64,000 nucleotides of DNA from Epithemia pelagica. Its lineage: Eukaryota; Protista; Bacillariophyta. The notes beneath the pieces were generated by a model. It ran no database searches, was not told the DNA's origin, and saw only the letters and a list, made by a program, of their open reading frames with translations. The translations under genes and the position numbers were made by a program. The stretch covers positions 2,170,001-2,234,000 of the forward strand of contig OX337238.1 of the NCBI GenBank assembly GCA_946965045.2, read 5' to 3'. Of the stretch, positions 34,401 through 45,925 are shown piece by piece (positions within the stretch are counted from its first letter, which is position 1; the number at the start of each line of letters is the position of its first letter).

Positions 34401-35251
34401 CCTTCTTCAACATCCGACAAATACTGATGATCTGATAAAATTATTGGAACAAATCTACATGAGGGTGTGTCTTCAGCATCAGTTGGAGTGGCTACCTTCT
34501 TCTTGCGTCTTCGAGTACTTTTCTTTCGGCGACTACTGCGTTCTGGCTCAGGATATCGTCGATCAGTGGGCCTGACGATGTTCCTGTGTGAGGCGACACA
34601 CTTATAGGGACCTTTTTCTCGTTTGCGGTTGATCTTCAGCTTGGGTGACGATCTTTCGTCATCATCGGCGCTTTTGCATTGACCGCAAAAGAAGTAATCG
34701 GAGAATTCTCCTATGTATCGGTCGAGGCCGAAGACAGAACACGGTTGTGTGTCTTCACCCTCGAAGTCATCAATGATCTTTTGGATCCTCTCTTTCTCTG
34801 AAGCCGTGTTGGCTATGGGGGCATTCTCTTGTAATCTTCTGGATCTGGTCCGTAAGTTGGGAGACGGAGGTCTTGGGGGGGATGATGGTGCCGCACGACG
34901 CTTTGGGTTGCGACGTGATCCTGCTGGTCGGGGGTTGGGGGTGGCTTTCTTTCTCTTCTTTTGGTTCTTTTTTGGGGGTGCTTTCTTTTTTCTCTTCTTT
35001 GAGTCGTCCTCTTCGACACTGGGTTCTTGGGTCGCGTCCTCTTCGACATTGGGTTCTTGGGTTTCGACAGGTGGGTCGTCATTTTCCACTGGTGGATCCG
35101 TTGAGTTGTCCTGGGAAATCTCTTTCAGGATGGTGTCCTGGAGAATGGACAAAGGGACGAAGGATATGGGAACACAGCATGAATCTGTGCATGGATTAGA
35201 CTCGGATTCCACCAAGGGGTCGTTAAGAGGCTTCGAGAGAGACATCGTCAA
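31433..35251 (-). pseudogene. RAG1/Transib/Chapaev-like DDE transposase (one frameshift ~33555-33570; intron 31876-31942)
   Basis: SLDGA (first D), NCDMS (second D), FPCSKC, LLHLE and ITNYAHMLGSAHVMEY. After removing a 67-nt GTAAGT...CAG intron it reads SQQGWEAFNSLF (catalytic E). The N-terminal part has a CxxC, a basic/acidic low-complexity region and a coiled coil. Confidence 0.8.
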
Positions 35252-36085
35252 AGAAAGGCTTCGTCAAATGGTGATCTAAAGCAAAACAGAGCGACGTGAT
35301 ACGTTTTGTTTTGTTGGGTTGTTGTTTTGATAAATTGGGTGAGACTGAGGTGCGATTGGTCATCTTATTGTAGAAAAATTGATTCTAGTGTAAGGACGCG
35401 AGTCGATATTTTTTCATCACCTCACATTTAAAAGCAATGATTCGTTTGGGAATTACTGCTCGTGTAGTTGTGTGCAGATTGTGAGCCAACTTGGATTAGT
35501 GAGAGCGTGACCAAGAGCGGGGATTCGTTCTTGACTATGTAATGGATGATTGCCCGCCGTTAGTCTCGCTCTCACTATCCTATATCGTCCGTTGGAACGG
35601 TCCAAAGTTGGAGGTTGGCCTAAATTTGGAATTTTGTCGGAATGAAGTTTTGTATTTAACAAAAGGGCTTCTCACTGATTAGGGGATACTAAAAATGTCA
35701 CTTTCTGATGGCGGCTCGCAGGCTCCTGCGTGAGTTGGCGATGACGGTTAACACCGTTAGCTGGTATTGAATATTATTTTTCCAAGTCTTTTTGCGGAAT
35801 ATTCAAACCCGAAGCGACAGCAATCGAACCCTCTATGTCTGTCATGCCAGTCGACACGAAATTTTGTTGGGATTCCTCATGGAATCGCAACGCTTTCTGC
35901 AGCAACAACAACAATTAAGTACGAATACGTCTCCTCCATGGGAAGCCGTCTTGATTGTGACGGGGTGTGACGACCATCCACCCTGTCCCCAAGTGTTGGA
36001 AATGGTGGTGGATCATCCGCAAGCACCACCCGTCTTGTTGGCCCCGCAATCCACGGCTCAAGTCTTGCAAGAATTGCATGCCTAT

Positions 36086-37590
36086 TGCCGCGCCGGGTGA
36101 GGCGGCCAAAACCTCGAAAATAGCGGCCAAATGACCATGATGGACATCTAGCGTAACTCACTCAATATAGGACGCCCATGCCCCAATATCGAGCGACGTT
36201 TTCTTCAAACAATGCTCTCGGCCCCTGCGGGCCACTTTTGCTATAGCGGCCATGGTTATCGAGTTCTAACTCACCATTGTAGGGTCATTTTTTTTCGTCC
36301 ACGTAATGGCCGCTAGATTGCCCTTTGGCCGCTACATTGATGGTACTATAAGTCAACCACTACGTGCCCTACCATCAAATGGTGCCTACGATGTGTCTAT
36401 CGTAGTGTAAGGAAGAGCACTTTCAGGTCATATGGGCTATCGGTGGGCGTGATAGCGCAAACAAACCCCTGCTCGATTTGGCTCATTTTTGTTGGAACGA
36501 GATTTTCATCCGTAACTCGATGTACTGCCGAAGCTCCAATATGGTAGTTCTACAGTTCATACTTGAAGGGCTTTTACTTTAGGGTCTACCTTCGTGAAAC
36601 CAACTACCATAACTATCGTAGGTGCCATGGTTATCGCAAAATAGTCTTCCATCGATGAGGATTTTCATCTCTCGCGACACGAACCACAATAGATCCTCAT
36701 CGTCCGTTTCCGCTACTCGCCTCGTTCAATCTTGATTCTCTGCCCCTCCTACTTTGTAGCATTTTAGTTTAGGACCTACTTGAGCGTGACGAGGTATCAG
36801 ATTGACCGTAGGCGCCATGGTCATTGAGAAGGTGCCATCCATTGATGGAGGCATTTTTCCCGATGTAGCACGTAGCACACAACATTTCGAGACCGAAGGA
36901 CGTTGCTACTCGTCTCGTTCAATATTGTTTTGCTTGCCTTCCTACTTTGTAGCATTTTAGTTTAGAACCTACTTGATCGTAACGAGGTCTCAGATTGATC
37001 GTAGGCGCCATGGTCATTGAGAAGGTGCCATCCATTGATGGAGGCATTTTCCCCGATGTAGCACGTAGCACACAACATTTCGAGACCGAAGGACGTTGCA
37101 ATTTGCTCCATCAATTTGGACTCGCTTGCCTTCCTACTTTGTAGCATTTTAGTTTAAAACCTACTTGATCGTAACGAGGTCTCAGATTGATCGTAGGTGC
37201 CATGGTCATTGAGAAGGTGCCATCCATTGATGGAGGCATTTTTTCTCGATGTAGCACGTAGCACACAACATTGCGAGAACGAAGGACGTTGCTACTCGTC
37301 TCGTTCAATATTGTTTCGCTTGCCTTCCTACATTGTAGCATTTTAGTTTAGAACCTACTTGATCGTAACGAGGTCTCAGATTGATCGTAGGCGCCATGGT
37401 CATTGAGAAGGTGCCATCCATTGATGGAGGCATTTTCCCCGATGTAGCACGTAGCACACAACATTTCGAGACCGAAGGACGTTGCTAATCGTCTCGTTCA
37501 ATATTGATTCGCTTGCCTTCCTACTTTGTAGCATTTTAGTTTAGGACCCACTTGATCGTAACGAGGTCTCAGATTGACCGTAGGTGCCAT
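36086..37590 (+). repeat. Left TIR with ~4.5 tandem copies of a ~193-bp unit (~36720-37590)
   Basis: CTACTTTGTAGC-type anchor at 36749, 36942, 37134, 37328 and 37521. The outer part is the near-perfect reverse complement of the right end. Confidence 0.93.
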
Positions 37591-37747
37591 GGTGTTTATG
37601 ATCCTAGTAGCGACCATCAACGGAAGTGGTGTTTCCATTTGGTAGTTTGCCCTTTGAATCCGTAAGTTTCTATGACTTCTGAGTGATGATTGAAGGAAGT
37701 TGAAGAATATTCAATGCTATTTTGATTTATATCTAGTTCAACGTTGT

Positions 37748-38269
37748 TTAGGACTGCATGTAGTTGTCGTAAAGATTCTCGCAGTCATCTTGTTGGGTCT
37801 CGGCAAAGTCGAAAGAAAGATCGCTATCAACAGTAGTTCCACGGGAGGATACAGTCTGAGCACTACGCATCGAGATGCTGCTCATGATTGAAAAACGTGA
37901 TGCAGGCTTTTCGATCTCCTCGTTGACTGGGCTAAGGTCGTCGGCAAACTTGATTTTCAGGTGGCGTACTGGAGTCTTGTCTCCACCATTCAATCCTTCT
38001 TCCTCTAAATTGTCGCAAATCTTGGTGATTGATTCTTCAACGGTTCCAAGAACAACTACGGTTTTGTCCCCACATTCTTGATCCAATCCTTCCGAGAGCA
38101 ATTCTGCCTTTCCAATGGTTGCTGTCTCTGCCTTGATTTTGGTTTTCTTGAGGGCACCTTGTTCAGTTGGGCGCACGGCAGATTTTGACACACTGGTTCG
38201 AACAACACTTGTGTGTGTGCGGTTTTGAAGGCGCGCACTAACACGGCGCTTGTCGATATAGAGTGACAT
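37748..38269 (-). CDS. Hypothetical 173-aa ORF inside the piggyBac-like element
   Basis: ATG-initiated ORF with plausible composition; no recognised domain. Confidence 0.35.
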   Translation of the reverse strand: MSLYIDKRRVSARLQNRTHTSVVRTSVSKSAVRPTEQGALKKTKIKAETATIGKAELLSEGLDQECGDKTVVVLGTVEESITKICDNLEEEGLNGGDKTPVRHLKIKFADDLSPVNEEIEKPASRFSIMSSISMRSAQTVSSRGTTVDSDLSFDFAETQQDDCENLYDNYMQS

Positions 38270-38771
38270 TGTGTTGTTGCTTTTGTTGTTGTAGTTGCAG
38301 TTGTTCTTGATGTGTTTCTCGTTGACGCCGTTTTATGAAGGTCGCTGTCGGCTCTGTCTCTCGTTGATGTTTGATTGATGTGACGTCTCACCATAAAATC
38401 GGATCTCGTATGGGAAGCCGGCTTGCGGCTCAACGCTCAACGTAAGAAAATTTTCTTAAGTAACTTGTCACACTTTTGTAATTGCTCCCGAGTGGCAATA
38501 GTAGGAAGTCCCCAACCGTTCCCCCAAATCAAATGAAATTTACTGCATGTCGTCTGAGAAATCGAGTTTACGACGAAAGAGCTTTTCCGAAGGAGAGGAG
38601 AGAATCGATAGGCCACCTGAATGAAGTGCTCACCTGAGGAAAGAGCTTTTGTTTGCAAATGAAAACGAGCGTAGAAGTAAGTGGTTCCGCGGCATCTAAA
38701 TCATTGCTTACAATGGTGGCAATAACCTCGACTCATTGATTCTCTCTATGCTTAGGACGGATCGAAGTACA

Positions 38772-39308
38772 ATGTCCGAACACGAGAATGAATCGCGCAA
38801 TCGGATTCTCCTTCCTAGCGGCTTTCACCTCGTACAAGATACGGGGAGCAACATCGAGCTCCAAGGAAGCCGCTTAACCATCTACGGTGAAGCGGGTGTG
38901 GATGTACACCTTCAAGACGCCACTCTCGGGGAGAAAGGAGAAAAGGGGACACTTGTTGTGGATCGAGGCGTGATTCTTTTACAGCGCTCCAGGTATGGTA
39001 CCAACGGTGGAATGCTATCAATTTGCGCGTTTGGCCGTGACAAGAAGGACGATTCGATGCCTGACATCGTCATTCCAGTCGGATCGGTTCACAACAAAAT
39101 TCGCTCCAAGAAGTTCCGTTCCAAAAATGGGTCCCTTGTCAAAGGAGAACTCACCATTGAGACCTCTCACTCCTTGGATACCAAGGTGACAATGGGACCC
39201 ATGATCATTACTGTGCGAATGAGTCTTACTGGGATGAATGCATTCATGTCGCTCTATGACAAAGCAACGGAGACGTGGCCCAACCAGGAAAGTGTTAAAA
39301 TCACGTAA
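38772..39308 (+). CDS. Hypothetical beta-rich protein (~180 aa), cargo of the piggyBac-like element
   Basis: ORF 38736-39308 with a likely ATG at 38772. It has alternating hydrophobic beta-like segments ending in a helix, and converges on the transposase. Confidence 0.5.
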   Translation: MSEHENESRNRILLPSGFHLVQDTGSNIELQGSRLTIYGEAGVDVHLQDATLGEKGEKGTLVVDRGVILLQRSRYGTNGGMLSICAFGRDKKDDSMPDIVIPVGSVHNKIRSKKFRSKNGSLVKGELTIETSHSLDTKVTMGPMIITVRMSLTGMNAFMSLYDKATETWPNQESVKIT

Positions 39309-39423
39309 GCGGGTAACAAATGATAGTTAGTATTCTTATTCATGGTGGTTTCCTAATTTCATAATATGTAGAGAGGCGCAAACATGTAGAATGAGTGTAG
39401 TTCTTGTGCACACAGAAGTTTCA

Positions 39424-42400
39424 TTAAGTCGCATTCCCTCCTTTCGCCGCAGCAAAGTTCATGGCGTGCTGCTCGATACAAGTTCATTGTTTCCCATATC
39501 GAATGCCCACAGATGGCTTGCACACTGGTGTTCCCACGTAGGTTATCGAGCGCCAAGTCTTGGTGAACATGCGGCATTGTGGATGGCCACACATGGTTTG
39601 CGTGTCATAGTTACAAATAACACATTTACGCTTCATGCCTCTTTGGTCTGATGAAGAAACGTTGTCCTGTTCAACAACGCTGTGACAAACGACCAAATCA
39701 ATTGTAAGCTCAGAAAATACGGACGCGGGTGATATACTGCTTGAACAGGTATGGCCAACACTGGATGGCACAGTTACGGAGGCATCCGTACACACCGAAA
39801 GGTTGTTTGTCACTGGCAAGCTTTCAAGCACACCCGCTCTTCATTCAGCTGAACTGCGTTCGGAATATGGATTGTTGATTAAGTCATAAGCCAGCATATC
39901 CGCAAAGTCGTGGATTGAGGTATTCAGGAAAGGTTCCACTTGCTTGTGAAAACACAGTGCAAGATAACAATCAACCACCGTCATACCGAAGACTGTCGTC
40001 ACAATCCGAAACCACGGATTTTTAGTTAACCATAGTTCTTCGAGGCGTAGAAGACCCTGACGGATGTGATTGTGCCGGTCAATTGCATTGGCGTGCCGAA
40101 AGTATTTTGAAATACAGTCGGGACGCTCGACTCTCCGCTGCTTGATATTTCCAAACACATCTGTGAAGCGAGCAATGTATGGTGCGCCCGGTTGAGTATG
40201 CCCGGCATCTTTGGTCATGACAAAGAGAAGAACCTTCCTTGTACTGCACTTGTACCCAACCGCTACGAGCTTCACTCCAGTGACAGGGGCAGTACACTCC
40301 ATGACAAGGTAGGCTCCGGATGGAAAAGACTTCATCTGCTTCTCGATCTGTTTCTTGGGAAACCATGAGTGCGCTGTCTTCACAGCACCAATGAACTCAT
40401 GTCCATCCGTGTTCAGCCCTTTCTCTTTGTCCACGTAGAACGGAAAGGAAGTGCGATTGCGTCGATCGTCCTGTTCCCTCCACGAACACTTGAGGCATTC
40501 AGCAACCTGGACACTTCCAAACCAGGAGTCGCCTAAATACAGGTAGCGCTTGGAGGCCTTTCCAGCTTCGTGGCGTGCGCTTGACAGCTGTTCACTGTAT
40601 TGTGAACCTTCGACAAGCCGCAGTGTGCAGCCGCCCGATGGACCAGACTTCGCGACAAACTTCTTACGCCGCATTGGGACTCTTCCCTCTTGGATTTCAA
40701 GATGGGTCAGACACCATGTCGTGGTGTCGGCGACCACCTGTGAATGAAATAAGGTAGTAAGGTCAGACACATTAAGTCTTCAAAACATTGTCTGTCTGGT
40801 GTTAGCTTACCTTGAACTCCGTCCCAAGAGGTTTGGGCTTGCGGGCAATAAATGAGATATGCGGCAACAAAGATTGCTTGGTCGTTCGTGGTCGAAACGC
40901 ACTCATCGACTCGTCAAGCACTTGAACCACGGACGACGCAATTATTTGTCGGCGGTTCTCATTGAGCCCATCAATCAGGGGACGGATTTCATTCCATTTG
41001 TCATTCGGATCCGTCCCCCTGAAGGCATGATAGAGATGCGTCTTAATGTCGTTAAACCTACTCTCTGCCATGATGTCTTCGCCTTTCGTTCCAAGATTTA
41101 CATGTGGTGATAACCGACGAGTGCTAGGATCCTGGAAAAGAGCCTTTCCTCCCACACCAAGGGGACTTGCCGCGACGATAATCCCCCAAACTTTCCACCA
41201 CTCGCCTTCCGTAACCATTCGAATTTTCTTCTTTTTGTCACGCTTTTGATTCAATCGATCTAAACTAAGATTAAGGACTCTCAACTGATTTTGCCAGTTC
41301 CCTGTACAGAGGCCGATTGCAAGAAAGTGAGACTGTTGAACTTCTCCGATGTAGAAACAAAGAGTAGTGCTTACCTACCTGGCCAGAAGTGCATCAACAA
41401 GTCAAGAAATGGAAAGGAGTATTTTTCATTGTCGTGGCTTATTTCACTTTTACTCATCCTTTTGCCGAAGTTGTAGCCAACGATTGCATTCTTCTCATAG
41501 TCCGACACTGGATGATCCGGCGATGAATCCTCGACTATCTTCCACTCAAATCTTCTCCTGTCCTCTTTCCTTTGTAGCTGTTGACCCGTTAAATCGGTCG
41601 TTGGCTCACTCTCTCCGTCAAAAAGCACAGTCCATAGGTTTCCTCTTGCCACTGGATTCTTCTTCCCGTCGACAACTGTTCCCCATTGAGCATTGTTGCC
41701 ATTCTTGTGAACTCGATCTCCAATGCCGATTCCTTTTTTCTTGGGAGGCTTGACGACTACGGTCCAGTTGCTTTCAATAAGATGGTCTTTGGTAAGCTTG
41801 TATTGCTCCATTTTATGCCTGTGACGATCTTCGTCTCTTTCAACCAAAGCCCCGAAAGCCAATTGGCGTGCTTGTGCTTGTTCTTGTTCAGCTCCGTCAT
41901 CCTCGTCATCATAGACAAGTTCCACGGGTACATCTTCTTCGAGTTCTTCATCGGCAGCTGCATCTTCATCCTGATCTTCATGTTCATTGTCACTATCTTC
42001 ATCATCATTTTGCCTGGTCGTTGGTGGGCTGTTCTGATTGTTCAGAGGTGCATCTTGACCTTGAGCGTTGTCCAGGATCGCCGCTTGTGCCAAAACTTCG
42101 ATTTCTTCATCGTCGCTTACATCTGTTAATATCACTCCACCAACAGTGCGAGGAGCCTCTGAAGTCGTTGTCGTTGCTGCGGTCGTTGCAGTGGTCGTTG
42201 CAGTGGTCGTTGCCGTGGTCGTTGGTGCAACAGTCGTTGTCATTACCGATTGCATTGGTGTGGTTATTCCTGCTGTCGATGCCGCTGCCGTCGGCCTTGC
42301 TGTCGTCTCGACTGGGGTGTTCGTTGTCGTTGTCGCGCTCGTTGTCGCGCTCGTTGTCGCGCTCGTTGTCGCGCTCGTTGTCGTTGTCGTGGTTGCCGTT

Positions 42401-42758
42401 GGCATTGACGTGGATGTTGCTGTCCTCGATGCCGTTGTCATTGTCCTTGCTGCGGTTTCGGCTGGAACTGGAGTATTTGATACTGTGGTTGTTGTTGAGA
42501 TCGTAGGTCGAGGTCCGGTTGCTGCAACTGGATCTGGTTGTCCAGGAAAACCTTCATCTTTCTTGGGGAATCGAAGCTGTGGGAAGAGCGTTCATTTCTT
42601 AGCTCTGTTAGATTTCCTCTTTCGTCCACTCCGGCGACCATCCACTTATGAAATTCGACTGCTTCAACAATAATGCATGGGATGTCTCCACGCCTCATGA
42701 AGCATCTCGATCCAATCCCCAAACCACATGATTTGGGCCTCGGCGGCGGTGGTTCCAT
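39424..42758 (-). pseudogene. piggyBac-like (DDE_Tnp_1_7-type) transposase with two introns, a frameshift and two in-frame TGA
   Basis: VLDESM, RKPKPLGTEFK, LGDSWF, NAIDRHNHIRQ and a C-terminal Cys-rich KCVIC...C...C...C..H. Introns at 41302-41378 and 40738-40810 restore the frame (WPG|NWQNQL; EFK|VVAD). TGA at 39841-39843 and 39484-39486. Frameshift near 42560. Confidence 0.92.
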
Positions 42759-43192
42759 TGCTGTATCGTTCTCGTGCGTTTTGGTCTTCTCAAGTTTCTA
42801 AGAGGTTATTGAGAATTGCTGTTTGTGTGTCCAATCTCCATTAGCGGTCAAAAGCATCTTTTCGACTTGCAAGCAAGCACATGGTTGATTGTTGAATGAA
42901 CTGTGGAACGATGTTGGAGGGAAGATGTAGTTTTTGTGGAGCAGTCGCTACAAAAGCACGTGTTCCGCATGCCCGCCCGCCTTAATTAAACGACAAGAAT
43001 GTTCTAAACATAATGAAATATCTCACAAAATTTAACGTTTTAACCGTATTCCCGTTGAATCGAAAGATTTTTTCCAAGAGTGGTCTGATTTGGTTTTTTG
43101 TCAAGTGGTCTGCAGACCAGGCAATGACGAACGCTCTCTGAGAAACGCTCGAAAACCCAAGACTCTCTGAGAAACCCCTACTCCACAAAAAG

Positions 43193-45779
43193 ATGGAGAG
43201 GAGAACAATGAAAACACGAAGTCAATCTGAATCGCGTCTTAAGGCGCTTGCTCATGTTGCAGTTGCTGCCTCGGAGGCGGAGTCGGAGCCACATTCACCA
43301 TCACCTATGGCAGCAGCAGACGAAGCAACAATGGCAGCAACAGAAGAAGCGAGAGCAAGCCATCGGTTTCTTACAGACGAAGACCTCCATAAAGTCAACG
43401 AGAAAAAGCATGCAGACAGTCGTCGCGGCAAGCTAAAGGACGACAATGCATACACGGACTCGGCATTATGCGGAGGCTGTCGCTGCAGTAAAGAAAGTCA
43501 AGGCCTATGGACGGGATCCATGGGACAATTTCATCCGAGGACTGAAGTTTCTGTCCACTTCGATCAAGGATGGCACTGTGCTGATCAACGCATACGAAGT
43601 GTTTGTGGCAAAGAAGATTGGCGTCACATTTTCGGTGACAGCTGCGCCCATTCGCAAATCAGGCACAGGTATCAAGAACTCTAATACGGCCCCCAAGAAA
43701 AATGACTACGGACTGGAAGTTGGGGAAGGTGTGCCCAAGTCCGTTGGGATTGGGATCCCAACCAAGCAAACTCGAAACAACTCGTGCCTCAAGTTTCGAC
43801 AGTTCAGCTTCTCCCTCAAGAATGATCCGATCTTCAAGATTATGCTGGGGACAAAACACATCTTCACAGTCAAGAAGTCGGGCCTCAAGGCTGAAGAGGG
43901 AAAAGAAGGCCCCGGGTTTGGTCTTTTTTCTGTACAAGAGCACAAAGTAGGTGAGGTGATTGGTGTGTATGCAGGGTTGGATATCACCTCTCGGACCGTC
44001 GGTCGGACCGAGTGCGCAATTCAGTTTGGAGAGCACGGAGAACGCATCGTTCAAGCCGACAACGAGGATTTCTTTTTCATGGGGTTTCATTTGATGAATG
44101 ATCCCCAGTATCACCTCTACAATACAGAAGAAGGACCTGACGAAGCACACAAGGACTACAACGTGCGTATCGACAATAATCTGCTAGTTCGTGTGATCAA
44201 GGAGATTGCGGAGGGGGACGAGCTGTTTTTATTCTACAACCTTAGCTCGGACACCAAGACGATCGCAGCCTCAAAGGAAGGCGGTGAGGAGCCTGATGAG
44301 GATGTGCAGAAGAAGCAAGGTCGATCCAGCCAGGATGATTCTCTGAAGAAGGTGAAGAAGATGAAGATGGGTGGTTCTGGTGGTAATGCTCCTGCTCCTG
44401 ATGTTGCCATTCAACAGCACTACCAACCGCACGACCTTCAACTGCACCATCCTGTTCCCGCCGCTGCTGCTCCTGATGTTGCCATTCAACAGCACTACCA
44501 ACCGCACGACCTTCAACTGCACCATCCTGTTCCCGCAGCTGCTGTTCCTCATGATGTTGCCACTCAACAGCACCACTACAATTCTCCGCAAATACACCAC
44601 CTTCAACCACACCATCATCCTCAGTACCACAGTCCACCATACCATCATCCTCCACATTCCCACTACACGCCCGGGCATTTCTATGATGAGCATCATCGGC
44701 CCCATGTCTTGGTGGCTCATGGGCAGCTCCCTTATGAAGGATACGGGCAGGTTCAGCCACAACCAAGCATTCCATATGACGCCCCGATACTCAATCAAAA
44801 CCCCAGTCCGGAGGACTCTCACCAGGTGGAAGCGGTTGAGGAGGAACCAAATCCGGCAGAGAAAGCAAAAGAACTGAATAAAAACTATGGCCACTTGTTG
44901 ATCAATTATGAGGGTGATCCACGAGGACGTTTTTTGGTCGCTCCGACAGAGCTTCTTGGATTGTTGCGTGATGTCTGGTCTCTCGGAACGGAGAAGCATG
45001 GGGACGACAAGATTTCGAAGAGAATGCGGGGTGTGCAACAATACACCCCACAAATCCAAATGCGCATGTTTGACGGTGAAGGATTAGTGGCACATGACGA
45101 ATTCACGCCCTGGGGGAAGAAGCGGGTAGCTGAAATTGTGGCAACGTTCAAGAAGACTCTTGCTCAAGCCCTTGTGGACATGGAGTACGCAGAGGATGAC
45201 TCCTTTGCTGAGGGTATCCAGATCCACCTGTCGCTCCTCAAGACCACATTTGAAAAGGTGCAAGAGCCACATCTGGATTTCAAATGGGATGTGGTCACAC
45301 CAAGTCCGGACGAGGAAAAGGGTTCGACTGAACAGAAAGGGACACCCCAAGGCAACGTCAAGACTCGTGGAAAGGGACGAAAGAAAGCGCCGTTCCGAGA
45401 ACGTGTCCCATTTGCTGTTTTTGTGCCCCTGACGGAGGACGGAATGACTTTAGAATTGTGGCGGCACCGCAAGGACCACAAGGAGAATAGGCATCAGTTG
45501 GATGAGGTGGTCGACGTTCCCTATGGAACGTTCCTCATGATGCGAGGCGATACTGTTCACAACGGAGGCTTCTTGACCAGTGCCCAAGGCAATCCACGTG
45601 CCCATTTCTACATGTATCAAGGGCGTGATCAAACCATTCATCCATATCTTCCAAAAAACGAGTACCAGTTACCACCCTACTACAACTCAGAAGATCGTCT
45701 CGCAACATATTACCGGCACAGTCAGCATGTCCACGATAAATCTCCAAAGAAAGTTCGTGGCGCACCTCTTCTAAAATAA
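43193..45779 (+). CDS. SET-domain plus 2OG-Fe(II) dioxygenase-like fusion protein (main ORF 43446-45779; N-terminus joined by a frame change near 43450)
   Basis: SET-like GFGLFS...GEVIGVYAG...HLMNDP...YNV...KEIAEGDELFLFY. His/Pro/Gln linker. C-terminal QEPHLDF (HxD), FVPL, RGDTVHNGG (distal H) and GNPRAH. Confidence 0.75.
44394..44543 (+). repeat. 75-bp (25-aa) in-frame tandem duplication in the SET-protein linker
   Basis: APDVAIQQHYQPHDLQLHHPVPAAA occurs twice (44394, 44469), followed by a degenerate third copy. Confidence 0.9.
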
Positions 45780-45925
45780 AAAACTATAAGTTTATGCTTG
45801 CGTGATAGACTTTCGTCTGTTGTTGTAATCCATGACCTCCCCACTTCCATTTCTCGTCTCAATCGTCCCCTGTCTCCGACATCTTCAGACGACACTTAAA
45901 AATTGATTTGAAGCATGCCTAATCT

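Noticed and set aside
29640-35660. Weak inverted similarity between ~29640-29670 and ~35610-35640 as TIRs of the RAG1-like element
   Set aside because: The match is short, AT-rich and gapped, and no flanking duplication was found.
36720-37590. 193-bp arrays as a CRISPR-like locus
   Set aside because: The units are near-identical along their whole length, lie inside the TIRs, and the context is eukaryotic with no cas genes.
39484-39843. In-frame TGA codons as recoding or selenocysteine
   Set aside because: They occur only in TE genes that also carry frameshifts. TAA and TAG interruptions occur too, and the host genes have no internal TGA.
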